Notes: a model not told the origin generated them from the letters alone. A stretch of 64,000 nucleotides of DNA from Terriglobia bacterium (GCA_963748015.1 CAVVHE010000009.1:384001-448000), one strand, 5' to 3'. Positions 37,570 to 47,494 are shown, numbered from the stretch's first letter. Program-made: numbers and translations.

Positions 37570-39348
37570 ATGCGCCTGACCGTCCTGGACTTCGTCGTGA
37601 TCGCCGCCTACTTCGCGGCCAACCTCGCCGTGGGCCTCTACCTGCGCCGCCGCGCGACGCGGAGCGTGGACGACTTCTTCCTGTCCGGGCGGACGGCGAC
37701 GTGGTGGCTGGCGGGGACGTCCATGGTCGCGACGACGTTCGCCGCCGACACGCCGCTCGTCGTCGCCGGCCTCGTCGCGCGGAACGGCATCGCGGGGAAC
37801 TGGATCTGGTGGAGCCTCGTCGCGAGCGGGATCCTGACCGTCTTCTTCTACGCGAAGCTCTGGCGGCGCGCCGGCGTCGTGACCGACGTGGAGTTCGCGG
37901 AGATCCGCTACGCGGGACGCCCGGCGTCGTTCCTCCGCGGGTTCAGGGCGGCGTACCTGGGGCTGCCGGTCAACCTCATCATCATGGGGTGGGTCAACCT
38001 CGCGGTGGTGAAGATCCTGCAGGAGACGCTCGGCGTGAGCAAAGCCGAGGGGCTCGCGATCACGATGGGGATCATGCTCCTCACCGCGGCGGTCGCGTCC
38101 CTCTCCGGCCTCTGGGGCGTGCTCTGGACCGACTTCTTCCAGTTCTTCCTGATGATGGGGATGGTGATCCTGCTGGCCGTGTTCGCGGTGGCGCGCTCCG
38201 GCGGGACGGCGGCGCTGGTGGAGCAGGTGCGAGCCGTGGACGCGGCGTCCGGGGGCTCGGGGTCGCTCCTCTCGTTCGTGCCCGACCTGCACTCGGCGAC
38301 GCTCCCGCTGATCACGTTCCTCGCCTACGTGGCCGTCAACTGGTGGGCGTCGTGGTATCCCGGCGCAGAGCCGGGCGGGGGAGGCTACATCGCCCAGCGG
38401 ATCTTCTGCGCCAAGGACGAGAAGCACTCGGTCCTCGCCACGCTCTGGTTCAACGTCGCGCACTACGCGATCCGCCCGTGGCCGTGGATCCTCGTCGGCC
38501 TGGTCGCCGCGGTCCGCTACCGGCACGACCCGTCGTTCGCCGCCGATCCCGAGCTCGGGTACATCCGCGTGCTGATGTCCGATCTCCCCGCGTCGCTGCG
38601 CGGCCTGATGCTCGCCGGCTTCGCCGCCGCGTACATGTCCACGATCTCGACGCAGCTCAACTGGGGGGCGAGCTACCTGGTGAACGACCTCTACCGCCGC
38701 TTCGTCGCGCGCGACCGCGAGAAGGGGCACTACGTGCGCGTCTCGCAGGGCGTGACGATGGCGCTGATGGCCCTCTCCGGGGTCGTGACGTTCTACATGG
38801 ACTCGATCTCCGAGGCGTGGAAGCTGCTGATGGCGATCGGCGCCGGGACCGGGCTGGTGTTCATCCTCCGCTGGTTCTGGTGGCGGATCAACGCGTGGAG
38901 CGAGATCTCCGCGATGGCGGCCGCGTTCGCCGTCTCGATGGCGCTCTCCTACGGCGTCGGGCTCGACCAGGCCGACCCCGAGCAGTTCGCCTGGCTTCTC
39001 TTCCTGACCACCGCCGCCACCACGGCGGTGTGGCTCGCGGTCACGTTCTCGACGCCGCCCGAGCCGCGCGAGACGCTGCTGGCCTTCTACCGCCGCGTCC
39101 GCCCCAACCCGCGCTTCTGGGGGCCGATCGCCCGCGAGGCCGCGGACACGCCGGGCGACCGCGACGGCCTGTTCAGCCTCGCGAACTGGGCGGGCGGCGT
39201 CGTGCTGATCTACGCGGCGCTGTTCGGCGTCGGGAATCTCGTGCTGGGCCAGGCGGGAACGGGCCTGGCGATCCTGGCCTTGGCCCTCGCCGCGGCCGCG
39301 TTCCTCTTCTGGAACCTCGGCCGCCACGGCTGGGCGACGTTGGACTAG
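37570..39348 (+). CDS. Sodium:solute symporter (SSS family)
   Basis: DFFLSGR..WW.AGTSMVATTFAADTP, WTD..QF, QR..CAKDE, AAYMST.STQLN, many TM helices. Confidence 0.92.
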   Translation: MRLTVLDFVVIAAYFAANLAVGLYLRRRATRSVDDFFLSGRTATWWLAGTSMVATTFAADTPLVVAGLVARNGIAGNWIWWSLVASGILTVFFYAKLWRRAGVVTDVEFAEIRYAGRPASFLRGFRAAYLGLPVNLIIMGWVNLAVVKILQETLGVSKAEGLAITMGIMLLTAAVASLSGLWGVLWTDFFQFFLMMGMVILLAVFAVARSGGTAALVEQVRAVDAASGGSGSLLSFVPDLHSATLPLITFLAYVAVNWWASWYPGAEPGGGGYIAQRIFCAKDEKHSVLATLWFNVAHYAIRPWPWILVGLVAAVRYRHDPSFAADPELGYIRVLMSDLPASLRGLMLAGFAAAYMSTISTQLNWGASYLVNDLYRRFVARDREKGHYVRVSQGVTMALMALSGVVTFYMDSISEAWKLLMAIGAGTGLVFILRWFWWRINAWSEISAMAAAFAVSMALSYGVGLDQADPEQFAWLLFLTTAATTAVWLAVTFSTPPEPRETLLAFYRRVRPNPRFWGPIAREAADTPGDRDGLFSLANWAGGVVLIYAALFGVGNLVLGQAGTGLAILALALAAAAFLFWNLGRHGWATLD

Positions 39349-39369
39349 AAGCGCGTCGGCGATCGGGCG

Positions 39370-40044
39370 CTACGCGCCGAACGCCGCGGATCCCGGGCCT
39401 GCTCTCCCCCGCGCCAGTTGCGCTTCGTCGCCGACGGCGATCTCCCCGCCCTCGATGACGAAGCAGTTGAGCGCCAGCTTGCCCTCGAAGCGCGCGTAGA
39501 TGCCGCGGGTGATTTCCTTGTCCTGCGCGAGGGTGTCGGGATCGAATGAAGTCATGATGCAGCGCAGGCGCAGATCCTGGACGCCGATGAGCACCTTGCC
39601 GATCCTGAGGCAGGCACCCGGCCAATCGCGCTCGGCCAGCCCCACGACGCCGCCGACGACGAGGTTGGGCCGCAAGCGGCGATGGTCGTGGCCGAAGGCC
39701 GCGATCGCGCCGTCGGTGGCGACCAGCAGGGGCAGCACGTCGAACCGCTCCGCGCCGTCGTAGCGCACCAGCTTCGCCCCCCTCCCGGCGATGTCCGTCA
39801 CGTCGGATGCGACCTCCGGGCCGTCCCAGGGCCTGCCGTCCACCAGGACCTCGCCACGCGCGCCCAGCGAGCCCTTGTGTCCCAGAAAGCGGGGGTGCGA
39901 GCGCGAGGTGACTACCCGGCCATTCGCGTCCTCGACATGCACTACCCGGTCGCCTTCGATTCCGAGAGGACCGATCTTCGCCCGCTGTACCTTCTCTCCG
40001 GCCATCGTCTTGACCGGATAACGCCAGATCTCCGTGACCGTCAT
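39370..40044 (-). CDS. MOSC-domain protein
   Basis: IWRYPVKT..GE, G..GDR, RLRPNLVV, RCIMT..DP.T, G.IAVGD. Confidence 0.88.
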   Translation of the reverse strand: MTVTEIWRYPVKTMAGEKVQRAKIGPLGIEGDRVVHVEDANGRVVTSRSHPRFLGHKGSLGARGEVLVDGRPWDGPEVASDVTDIAGRGAKLVRYDGAERFDVLPLLVATDGAIAAFGHDHRRLRPNLVVGGVVGLAERDWPGACLRIGKVLIGVQDLRLRCIMTSFDPDTLAQDKEITRGIYARFEGKLALNCFVIEGGEIAVGDEAQLARGRAGPGSAAFGA

Positions 40045-40057
40045 CGCCACCTCTCCG

Positions 40058-40505
40058 TTACGAATCGCCGTCCGCTGCATGCTGTCGCCGGGGAGCCGCC
40101 GGCAAGACGATCTCGCAGAACACGCTCGAGTCGTCGACGTTGGTGATCACGGCTCCCACGGACAACCGGGTCGAGAGTAGTCGAAAGGCCTCCCGACCGA
40201 ACGTGCCGGACCGGAACCCGTCCTTGCAGACCACGGTTCCGTCCACCGTCTGATCGTAGTCGATCTCACCCACCAACCCGGCGGCGGCCTGGCATTCGAA
40301 CCACCGGAGGCGCTCCGACCAGAACCCATCGGCGTATGTCGAGAACATCGCTCTCCCGCCGGGCCGAAGGACTCGAATCGCTTCACGCACGAGCTCCTCC
40401 GGATTCACCGCGAACGCACAGATCCCGTTTTGGATGCAGACGACCACGTCGAACACCTGGTCGGCAAACGCGAGCGCCGATGCTTCCACTACTTGGAATC
40501 CGACG
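40058..40505 (-). pseudogene. 5'-truncated class I SAM-dependent methyltransferase (cassette remnant)
   Basis: A..LAFAD..FDVV, VREAIRVLRPGG; the N-terminal GxGxG motif is missing and the frame abuts the next ORF. Confidence 0.7.
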
Positions 40506-40761
40506 CCCGCCTGCGCGCGAGGATCCGTATCAGGAGTTCCTCGATCTCCTGCCGAGCTGGGTCGGTCAGGTCGAGCCACTCGTGTCCACAGGCCCGACAT
40601 CGCCAGTCAGGCATGTTCGGGGCGATGAAGCACCCACCAGTTACGGCAATGCCGCGTTCGATCATCGCCCGCGCTTCGGCCGCGGGGTGACCATGGAATA
40701 CGCGAACAAACGTCGCGTCTCCGCACCGAGGACATCGTTCAGGTGTTCGCAACTTGAGCAT
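40489..40761 (-). CDS. Small Zn-ribbon protein (putative gene cassette)
   Basis: CPRCG..GGC..W.C..CGHEW; ATG lies just after the attC-like R' site. Confidence 0.65.
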   Translation of the reverse strand: MLKLRTPERCPRCGDATFVRVFHGHPAAEARAMIERGIAVTGGCFIAPNMPDWRCRACGHEWLDLTDPARQEIEELLIRILARRRASDSK

Positions 40762-40766
40762 GGTCG

Positions 40767-41138
40767 TTAACGTCCGTCGAACGATCCGGCATCAGCCGCG
40801 GCCGCGAAGCAGCCGCCGACTGCATTGTTAGCCGGCTTCGGGGTACAGACGGGGTACATAGTCACGCGCCCACGCGATCCGTAGTGCGCGAGCCCCTGCG
40901 GCCACACGCAGAAGCCATCGCTCAAGTCGCTATCACCGAGCGCGCTGTCGGCGACCCCACAGCGGAAACGGCAGTAGGACCACCCCATCCAACTGGCAAA
41001 TCGCGCACCGGACTTGAGATACGAGGCGATTCCCTCGCGCGTCTCGCGTGAGTAGCCGGCGCCCTGCAGGAGTGCAGGGTGCGGAAAGGGCGACTCGTCG
41101 CTCGACTGCCAGTATCCGACGGCGATGAGGTCAGCCAT
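40767..41138 (-). pseudogene. Hypothetical cassette gene, 3' part apparently deleted
   Basis: GYW..P.P..YL..G....MG.S.CR.C..L.DG..WP.GLAHY, then the frame loses protein-like character and runs through the attC. Confidence 0.6.
40777..40835 (-). other. Degenerate integron attC site
   Basis: Minus strand CCGGCTAAC-AATGCAG..GCGGCTGATGCCGGATC-GTTCGAC; the R'' CCGGCTAAC is exactly complementary to GTTAGCCGG (minus, 41160-41152) at the start of the same cassette. Confidence 0.7.
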
Positions 41139-41499
41139 TGGTGACACCCGTCCGGCTAACTCATAATCGACTGAACTTCGTTACCGGGCAAACGAGTTCA
41201 GGATTGGTGGTAACACCTCATGATCGCCCCACCCTGCCGCCTTATCCCCCAACGGCCATGGTCGGGTGCTACCCCGTCCCCGGCCGCGTCGGTTCCTTCC
41301 GCTCTTCTACGCCCAGCGGATGGGGATTGCAATGTGGACCAGGGGCGCGGGCGGGGCGGATGCACCGCGAGACGCGGTCAAGGCGGTTGGGCCGGGGGCG
41401 CCGCGCCGGCCTCCGCCTCGGACCGGAGCGGTGTGCCGCGAAGGGCGGGTTTCATTGCGAGGCATCTACTCGGCATACTAGGGGGTGCGGGAGGACGGG

Positions 41500-43533
41500 A
41501 TGACCTTCGGACATCGCCTTGTTTTCCTTTCGATGGTCGCCGCCGCGGCGACGGCGCGCGCCAACGGGGCAGCCGGCGACCTGATGCCGCTTCCCGCGTC
41601 GATGGTCCCGGCCGAGGGCGCCATGGCGGTGACCGCAGGGTTCGCCGTCTCGACGGCGGAGTGCCGCGATGCGCGGGTGGCCGCGGCGGCGGCGCGCGCC
41701 GTTCGCCGCGTCGCCGCGCAGACGGGGCAGCCGCTCGTGGCGGGCGACGGCATTCCGGCGCTGGCGATCCGGTGCGGCGGCGATCCCCACGCGGTCCAGC
41801 AGGCGGTGGAGGACGAGAGCTACACGCTCTCCGTCACGCCGCAGGGGGCGCGGCTCGAGGCGCCGGCGCCCTACGGCGCGCTGCGCGGCTTGGAGACGTT
41901 CCTGCAGCTCATCGAGCCGGGCCCCGACGGCTGGCAGGTTCGCGCGACGCGGATCGAGGACCGGCCGCGCTTCCCCTGGCGCGGCCTCCTCGTCGACTCT
42001 TGCCGCCACTTCATGCCGGTCGAGGCCCTGAAGCGGAACCTCGACGCGATGGCGGCGGTCAAGCTCAACGTCCTTCACTGGCACCTCTCCGAGAACCAGG
42101 GGTTCCGCGTCGAGAGCCGCAAGTACCCTCGCCTCCACGAGCTCGGCTCGGACGGCGAGTTCTACACGCAGGCCGAGATCAAGGACGTCGTCGCCTACGC
42201 CCGCGATCGCGGGATCCGCGTGATGCCCGAGTTCGACCTGCCCGGCCACTCGACGGCGTGGTTCGTGGGGCATCCCGAGCTGGCCGCGGCGCCGGGGCCT
42301 TACTCCGTCGAGCGGGGCTGGGGGGTCTTCGACCCGACCATGGATCCCACCCGCGAGGAGGTCTACCGCTTCCTCGACCGGTTCTTCGGCGAGATGGCGG
42401 GGCTCTTCCCCGATCCCTACGTCCACGTCGGGGGCGACGAGGTGAACGGGAAGCAGTGGGACGCGAGCCCGGGAATCGCCGCGTTCAAGAAGGCCCGCGG
42501 CATCGAGAGCAACGCGGCCCTGCAGGCCCAGTTCAACTCGCGCCTCGAGAAGATCGTTTCGAAGCACGGGAAGAAGATGGTCGGCTGGGACGAGATCCTC
42601 GAACCGTCGCTGCCGAAGGACATCGTCGTGCAGTCGTGGCGTGGTCCCGCCTCGCTCGCGGAGGCCGCATCGAGAGGCTTCTCGGGAATCCTCTCGAGCG
42701 GGTGGTACCTCGACTACATGCTTCCCGCCGCGACGCACTACGCGGTGGACCCGTTCGGCAAGCAGGCCGCGGCCCTTCCAGCCGACGCCCGCGCGCGCAT
42801 CCTCGGCGGCGAGGCCTGCATGTGGAACGAGTTCGTGACCGCCGAGATGCTCGACGGGAGGATCTGGCCGCGCATGGCGGCGATCGCCGAGCGCCTCTGG
42901 TCTCCCGCCGCCGTCACCGACGTCGACGACATGTACCGCCGCCTCGAGAGCCAGAGCCAGCGGCTCGACGCGCTCGGCCTGACGCACCGCACCGGGCCGC
43001 GCCGCATGTTGCTGCGGCTCGCGGCCGGGCGCCCCCCGCAGCCGCTCGAGGCGTTCGCCGCGCTGCTGGAGCCGGTCAAGAACTACGAGCGCCCGCGCAC
43101 CAGGGCCTACACGAGCCGGACGCCCCTCAACCGCCTCGTGGACGCCGTTCCACCCGAGAGCGACGCCGCCCGCCGCTTCGCGCGCCTCGTGGACCGCTTC
43201 CTCGCGAGCGGCGCGCGCGGTGAGGGGCGCGAGGAGATCGCGGAGACGCTCGCGGAGTGGAGCCGCCTGCGCCAGGCGCTCGAGCCGGTCCTCGCGGGAA
43301 ACCCGATGCTCGCCGAGGCCGAGCCGATCGCGGCGGATCTCTCCGCCGCGGCCGCGGCCGCGCTCCGCGCGCTCGACGGAGCCTCCGGTCCCGTCGTGGA
43401 GGACGCCTCTCTCCTCTCGCGGCTTGCGTCGCCGCGCGCCGAGCTGCTCCTGCAGGTCGCGTCGCCGATCCGCAAGCTCGTCGAGTCCCGCGGGGAGGGA
43501 AAGCTCGCCGCGATCCTGCCGGAGGCGCGATGA
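41500..43533 (+). CDS. Secreted GH20 beta-N-acetylhexosaminidase
   Basis: DESY.L, I.D.PRF.WRGLL.D..RHF, HWHL, PEFDLPGH, HVGGDEV catalytic pair, GGEACMW.E, WPR..A.AERLWS. Confidence 0.95.
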   Translation: MTFGHRLVFLSMVAAAATARANGAAGDLMPLPASMVPAEGAMAVTAGFAVSTAECRDARVAAAAARAVRRVAAQTGQPLVAGDGIPALAIRCGGDPHAVQQAVEDESYTLSVTPQGARLEAPAPYGALRGLETFLQLIEPGPDGWQVRATRIEDRPRFPWRGLLVDSCRHFMPVEALKRNLDAMAAVKLNVLHWHLSENQGFRVESRKYPRLHELGSDGEFYTQAEIKDVVAYARDRGIRVMPEFDLPGHSTAWFVGHPELAAAPGPYSVERGWGVFDPTMDPTREEVYRFLDRFFGEMAGLFPDPYVHVGGDEVNGKQWDASPGIAAFKKARGIESNAALQAQFNSRLEKIVSKHGKKMVGWDEILEPSLPKDIVVQSWRGPASLAEAASRGFSGILSSGWYLDYMLPAATHYAVDPFGKQAAALPADARARILGGEACMWNEFVTAEMLDGRIWPRMAAIAERLWSPAAVTDVDDMYRRLESQSQRLDALGLTHRTGPRRMLLRLAAGRPPQPLEAFAALLEPVKNYERPRTRAYTSRTPLNRLVDAVPPESDAARRFARLVDRFLASGARGEGREEIAETLAEWSRLRQALEPVLAGNPMLAEAEPIAADLSAAAAAALRALDGASGPVVEDASLLSRLASPRAELLLQVASPIRKLVESRGEGKLAAILPEAR

Positions 43534-46500
43534 CCATGGGACGCTTCGCTCGCACGGTCTCGCGCGCCGCGCTCGCTCTCGCGGCCGCGATCGCGGTCCA
43601 AGCTCCCGCCGCGGCTGCGGAGCCGCAGGCGCCGCCCATCAAGGTCGCGATCTTCGAGGCGCCGGGCTTCCCGGCCGCGGACGCCCCCCCGACGGACCCC
43701 GTCGCGCTGCGCGACGCCCTCGCCGGGTGCGACGTGTCGCTGCTCGGTCTCGATGGCCTCGCCGTGCGGCTCTCGAAGGACCGCCCGGACGTGCTCGTGC
43801 TCCCGTACGGCTCGGCGTTCCCGAAGGACGCGTGGCCCGCGATCCTGCGTTACCTCGAGGCGGGCGGGAGCTGGCTCAACCTGGGGGGCGCGCCGTTCAC
43901 GGTTCCCGTGGTCCTCGAAGCGGGCAAGTGGCGCGCGGAGACGCGCCGCACCGCCTATCACAAGGAGCTCGGTATCACGCAGATCGTCCCGGTGGACGCC
44001 GCCGGGCTCTCGATGGCACCCGCTCCGGATGCGCCGGACGCCGCGCGCGCCCTGGCGGAAGGGTACCGCGCGAGCCGCGTGTTCGAGCTGGTCGTCCGCC
44101 TCGCGAGCCGCAAGCGCTACCCGAAGGAGGACGGATCGGACGGACCGCGAGAGGGACGCGTGACGCCGCTCGTGCACGCGCTCGATCGGGCCGGGCTCGC
44201 GCTCGCCGCGCCCGTCGTCGAGATCGACCGGCTCGAGGGACGGTTCGCGGGAGGCCGGTGGGTGCTCGTCACCGGGGACTCCGCGCTCTCGCCGACCGCC
44301 GTGCGCGCGCTGGTGGAGCGGGCCGCCGCGGGCGCGTCGGAGCTCTCGGTGCGGCCCGTGTACGCGGGCTTCCATCCCGGCGAGCAGCCCTCGCTGACCG
44401 TCGCTTTCCGGCGCCCGGGCCGGAGCGCTCTCGCCGCGATCGCGGGAGCGCTGCGGGTCGAGGTCCGAGACCGGCAGGGCGGCGTCCTCGCGCAGGCGAC
44501 CGCGACGCTCGAGGGAGAGGGCGAGACGGCCTCGGCACGCATTCTCCTGACCCCGCCGAAGGGAGGCGAATTCTCCCGCGGCCTCAACGAGGTCCTGGTC
44601 GAGTTGCCGGTCAAGGCCACCGGGGCCGCGGCGGCCGAGCCGCTGCGAGCGCGAACCGGCTTCTGGATCTACGACGCCGCGATGCTGCAGGGAGGGCGCC
44701 CGATCGCCGCCGGCCGAGACTACCTCCTCCGCGACGGAAAGCCGTTCCCCGTCACCGGCACGACCTACATGGCCTCCGACGTCCACCGGCGCTTCCTCCT
44801 CGAGCCGAATCCGTCGCTCTGGGAGCGCGACTTCGCCGCGATGGCCGCCGCCGGCGTGAACCTCGTGCGCACCGGGATCTGGACCGGCTTCAAGGAGCAC
44901 GCCACGGAGGTCGCGGAGCCGCGCGAGGGGGTGCTACGCGCCGCGGAGGTCTTCCTCCTGACCGCGCGCGCGCATGACATGCCGGTGATCTTCACGCTGT
45001 TCTCGTTCGTGCCCGAGTCCTGGGGCGGCGTGAACCCTTACGTGGACGCCTGGTCCATCGCGGCGCAGTCGCGGTTCGCCGGCGCGTTCGCGCGGCGCCT
45101 CGCCGGCGCCCGGGACCTCGCCTGGGACCTGATCAACGAGCCGTCGTTCAGCTCCCCCGACCGCCTCTGGCAGTGCCGCCCGAACTACGACGCGCGCGAG
45201 GAGATCGCCTGGAGCGCGTGGCTGCGCGACACGGTGCCCGCGAAGGACGATGCCGAGCGGTCGCGCCTCCTCGCCGACCGCTGGGGCGGGACCCCCGGCG
45301 AGAGCGAGAAGCTGCCGTCCCTCGACGACTTCGGCGACCGCAACCTCTTCGGCGCCGCGCGGCCGATGAAGGCGGCCGACTACCGCCGCTTCGCGCAGGA
45401 GGCCTTCAAGCTCTGGGCGAGCCAGCTCTCCGGCGCGATCCGGGAGGCCGGCTCGCGCCAGCCGGTCACCGTCGGCCAGGACGAGGGAGGCGTCGTCGAG
45501 CGTCCCAACCCGCTCTTCTTCGGCGACTCGGTGGACTTCACCACGAACCACACCTGGTGGAACAACGACGCGCTCCTCTGGGACGCGCTCATGACGAAGC
45601 GTCCCGACCGCCCGAACCTGATCGAGGAGACGGGGCTGATGGTCTACGAGCGGCCGGACGGGACGGTCTGGCGCGACGACCTCGAGGCCCGCGATCTCCT
45701 GGAGCGGAAGCTGGCCCTCGCGATCGGGAGCGGCGCGGCCGGCTTCGTCCAGTGGCTGTGGAACGTGAACGTCTACATGCCGAGCGACAACGAGGCCGGG
45801 ATCGGGTTCCTCCGCGCCGACGGCACCGCGCGGCCGGAGCTCGCGCCGTTCACCGGGCTCGCCCGCTTCGCGGCGCGGCACCGCGACCTCTTCGCCGGTC
45901 CGGTGCCCGAGGAGGTCGTGCTGGTCGCGCCGCATTCCGACCTGTTCTCGGCGCGAGGCTCGATGGCCGCCGCGACCCAGCGCGCGGTTCGCACCCTGGA
46001 GTACGCGCTCGGAACGCCAGTCCGGGTGGTCGCCGAGCACGCCGTTGGCGAGCTGCTCGGCGCGCCGAAGATGATCCTGCTCCCGTCGCCCCGCCTCCTC
46101 CGGCAGCCTTCGTGGGAGGCCCTGCTCGCCGCGGTCTCGCGCGGCGCCACCCTGCTCGTGACGGGGCCGTTCGACCGCGACGAGTACGAGCGCCCGGTGG
46201 ACCGCTCGCGGGCGCTCGGCGTCCCCGCCGATCCGCGGCCGGTGGCCCCCGAGGAGGAGCTGGCGATCGCGGGACGGCTTCTGCGCGTTCCCTTCCGCGG
46301 AGGGAAGCTCGAGCGGGTCGAGACGGCCGTCTTCGCCGAGGGAGAGCCCGGGACCGTGAAGGTGATCCCGCGAGGCAAGGGGGCGATCGTCTGGTCGCCG
46401 GTCCCGGTCGAGCTGTCCGAAGACCCGGCGCCGGCGGCGGCCCTGTACGCCTTCGCGCTCGAGCGCGCCGGCATCGCGCGGACGCTCGGCTCCGCCGGCA

Positions 46501-46721
46501 CGCCGGATCAAGCGCTCCTGGCGCGTCCTATCGTCTTCGAGAAAGCGGTCCTTTTCACGATCGTCAACGAGAGCAGCCGGGCCAGGACGGCCGAGCTGAG
46601 AGCGGGAAATGCGGCCGCGCCCGTCGCGATCACCGTCCCCGCGGGACGCGCGGCGCTGATCTTCGTGGACCGAGCGACCGGCTCGGTCCTCGGCAGGTAT
46701 CCCGAGGAGGAGAAGCCATGA
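43530..46721 (+). CDS. Secreted multidomain clan GH-A glycoside hydrolase (GH5/GH42-like)
   Basis: Signal peptide; DF..M...GVN.VR, WDLINEP (acid/base), LIEETG (nucleophile), glutamine-amidotransferase-like flanking domains; ATGA overlap with GH20. Confidence 0.75.
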   Translation: MTMGRFARTVSRAALALAAAIAVQAPAAAAEPQAPPIKVAIFEAPGFPAADAPPTDPVALRDALAGCDVSLLGLDGLAVRLSKDRPDVLVLPYGSAFPKDAWPAILRYLEAGGSWLNLGGAPFTVPVVLEAGKWRAETRRTAYHKELGITQIVPVDAAGLSMAPAPDAPDAARALAEGYRASRVFELVVRLASRKRYPKEDGSDGPREGRVTPLVHALDRAGLALAAPVVEIDRLEGRFAGGRWVLVTGDSALSPTAVRALVERAAAGASELSVRPVYAGFHPGEQPSLTVAFRRPGRSALAAIAGALRVEVRDRQGGVLAQATATLEGEGETASARILLTPPKGGEFSRGLNEVLVELPVKATGAAAAEPLRARTGFWIYDAAMLQGGRPIAAGRDYLLRDGKPFPVTGTTYMASDVHRRFLLEPNPSLWERDFAAMAAAGVNLVRTGIWTGFKEHATEVAEPREGVLRAAEVFLLTARAHDMPVIFTLFSFVPESWGGVNPYVDAWSIAAQSRFAGAFARRLAGARDLAWDLINEPSFSSPDRLWQCRPNYDAREEIAWSAWLRDTVPAKDDAERSRLLADRWGGTPGESEKLPSLDDFGDRNLFGAARPMKAADYRRFAQEAFKLWASQLSGAIREAGSRQPVTVGQDEGGVVERPNPLFFGDSVDFTTNHTWWNNDALLWDALMTKRPDRPNLIEETGLMVYERPDGTVWRDDLEARDLLERKLALAIGSGAAGFVQWLWNVNVYMPSDNEAGIGFLRADGTARPELAPFTGLARFAARHRDLFAGPVPEEVVLVAPHSDLFSARGSMAAATQRAVRTLEYALGTPVRVVAEHAVGELLGAPKMILLPSPRLLRQPSWEALLAAVSRGATLLVTGPFDRDEYERPVDRSRALGVPADPRPVAPEEELAIAGRLLRVPFRGGKLERVETAVFAEGEPGTVKVIPRGKGAIVWSPVPVELSEDPAPAAALYAFALERAGIARTLGSAGTPDQALLARPIVFEKAVLFTIVNESSRARTAELRAGNAAAPVAITVPAGRAALIFVDRATGSVLGRYPEEEKP

Positions 46722-47485
46722 ACCGCGACATCGTCTTCGAGGCCTGCGTCGATTCCGTCGAGTCCGCCCTCGCCGCGCAGGACGGCGGCGCGCACCGCGT
46801 CGAGCTGTGCAGCGACCTTCTCGAGGGAGGCCTCACCCCGAGCTTCGGCATGCTGCAGGTCGCGCGCGCATCGCTCCGGATCCCGGTCATGGTGATGATC
46901 CGGCCGCGCGGCGGCGACTTCCTGTACACCGACCGGGAGTTCCGGGCGATGCTCCACGACGTCGCGATGGCGAAGGACGCCGGCGCCGCCGGCGTCGTGT
47001 TCGGTTTCCTCGAGCCCGACGGGACCGTGGACGCGACGCGGACGCGGGAGCTGTGCGATCTCGCCCGGCCGCTCTCCGTGACCTTCCACCGGGCCTTCGA
47101 CATGACACGCGATCCGTTCGAGGCGCTGGAGGCGCTCGCGGAAATCGGCGTGGACCGGATCCTGACCTCGGGACAGGAAGCGACCGTCATCGAAGGGCTC
47201 GACCTCATCGCCTCCCTCGTCGGGCGAGCGGGGGACCGGCTCGTCGTCATGCCCGGCGGCGGGATCACCGAGCGCAACGTCTCCCGCGTGGCCGCGATCC
47301 CCGGAATCCGCGAGATCCACTTCGGCGGCGGCGCGCCGGTCGAGAGCGGGATGGCGTTCCGGAACGGAAGGGTCTTCATGGGCGGGGTCCTGCGCCCCGC
47401 CGAGTACGCGCGCGACGTGCAGCGCCCCGAGGCGGTCGCGGAGCTCGTGCGTGCCGCCCACGACACCGATCGGACCGGCTCCTAG
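46718..47485 (+). CDS. cutC: CutC-family TIM-barrel protein
   Basis: EACVDS, RVELC..L.EGGLTPS.G, MIRPRGGDF.Y, TFHRAFD, RILTSG, MPGGG; GGAGG RBS, ATGA overlap. Confidence 0.95.
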   Translation: MNRDIVFEACVDSVESALAAQDGGAHRVELCSDLLEGGLTPSFGMLQVARASLRIPVMVMIRPRGGDFLYTDREFRAMLHDVAMAKDAGAAGVVFGFLEPDGTVDATRTRELCDLARPLSVTFHRAFDMTRDPFEALEALAEIGVDRILTSGQEATVIEGLDLIASLVGRAGDRLVVMPGGGITERNVSRVAAIPGIREIHFGGGAPVESGMAFRNGRVFMGGVLRPAEYARDVQRPEAVAELVRAAHDTDRTGS

Positions 47486-47494
47486 GAAACGCCG

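Noticed and set aside
40448..40454. GTCGAAC as the R'' site of the second cassette
   Set aside because: Wrong strand, and it lies inside the methyltransferase VFD codons.
41220..41500. Integron integrase next to the cassette array
   Set aside because: Too short, and no tyrosine recombinase motifs in any frame.
46718..47485. cutC as choline trimethylamine-lyase
   Set aside because: Same symbol, different family: this is the ~255-aa TIM-barrel CutC, not a glycyl-radical enzyme.
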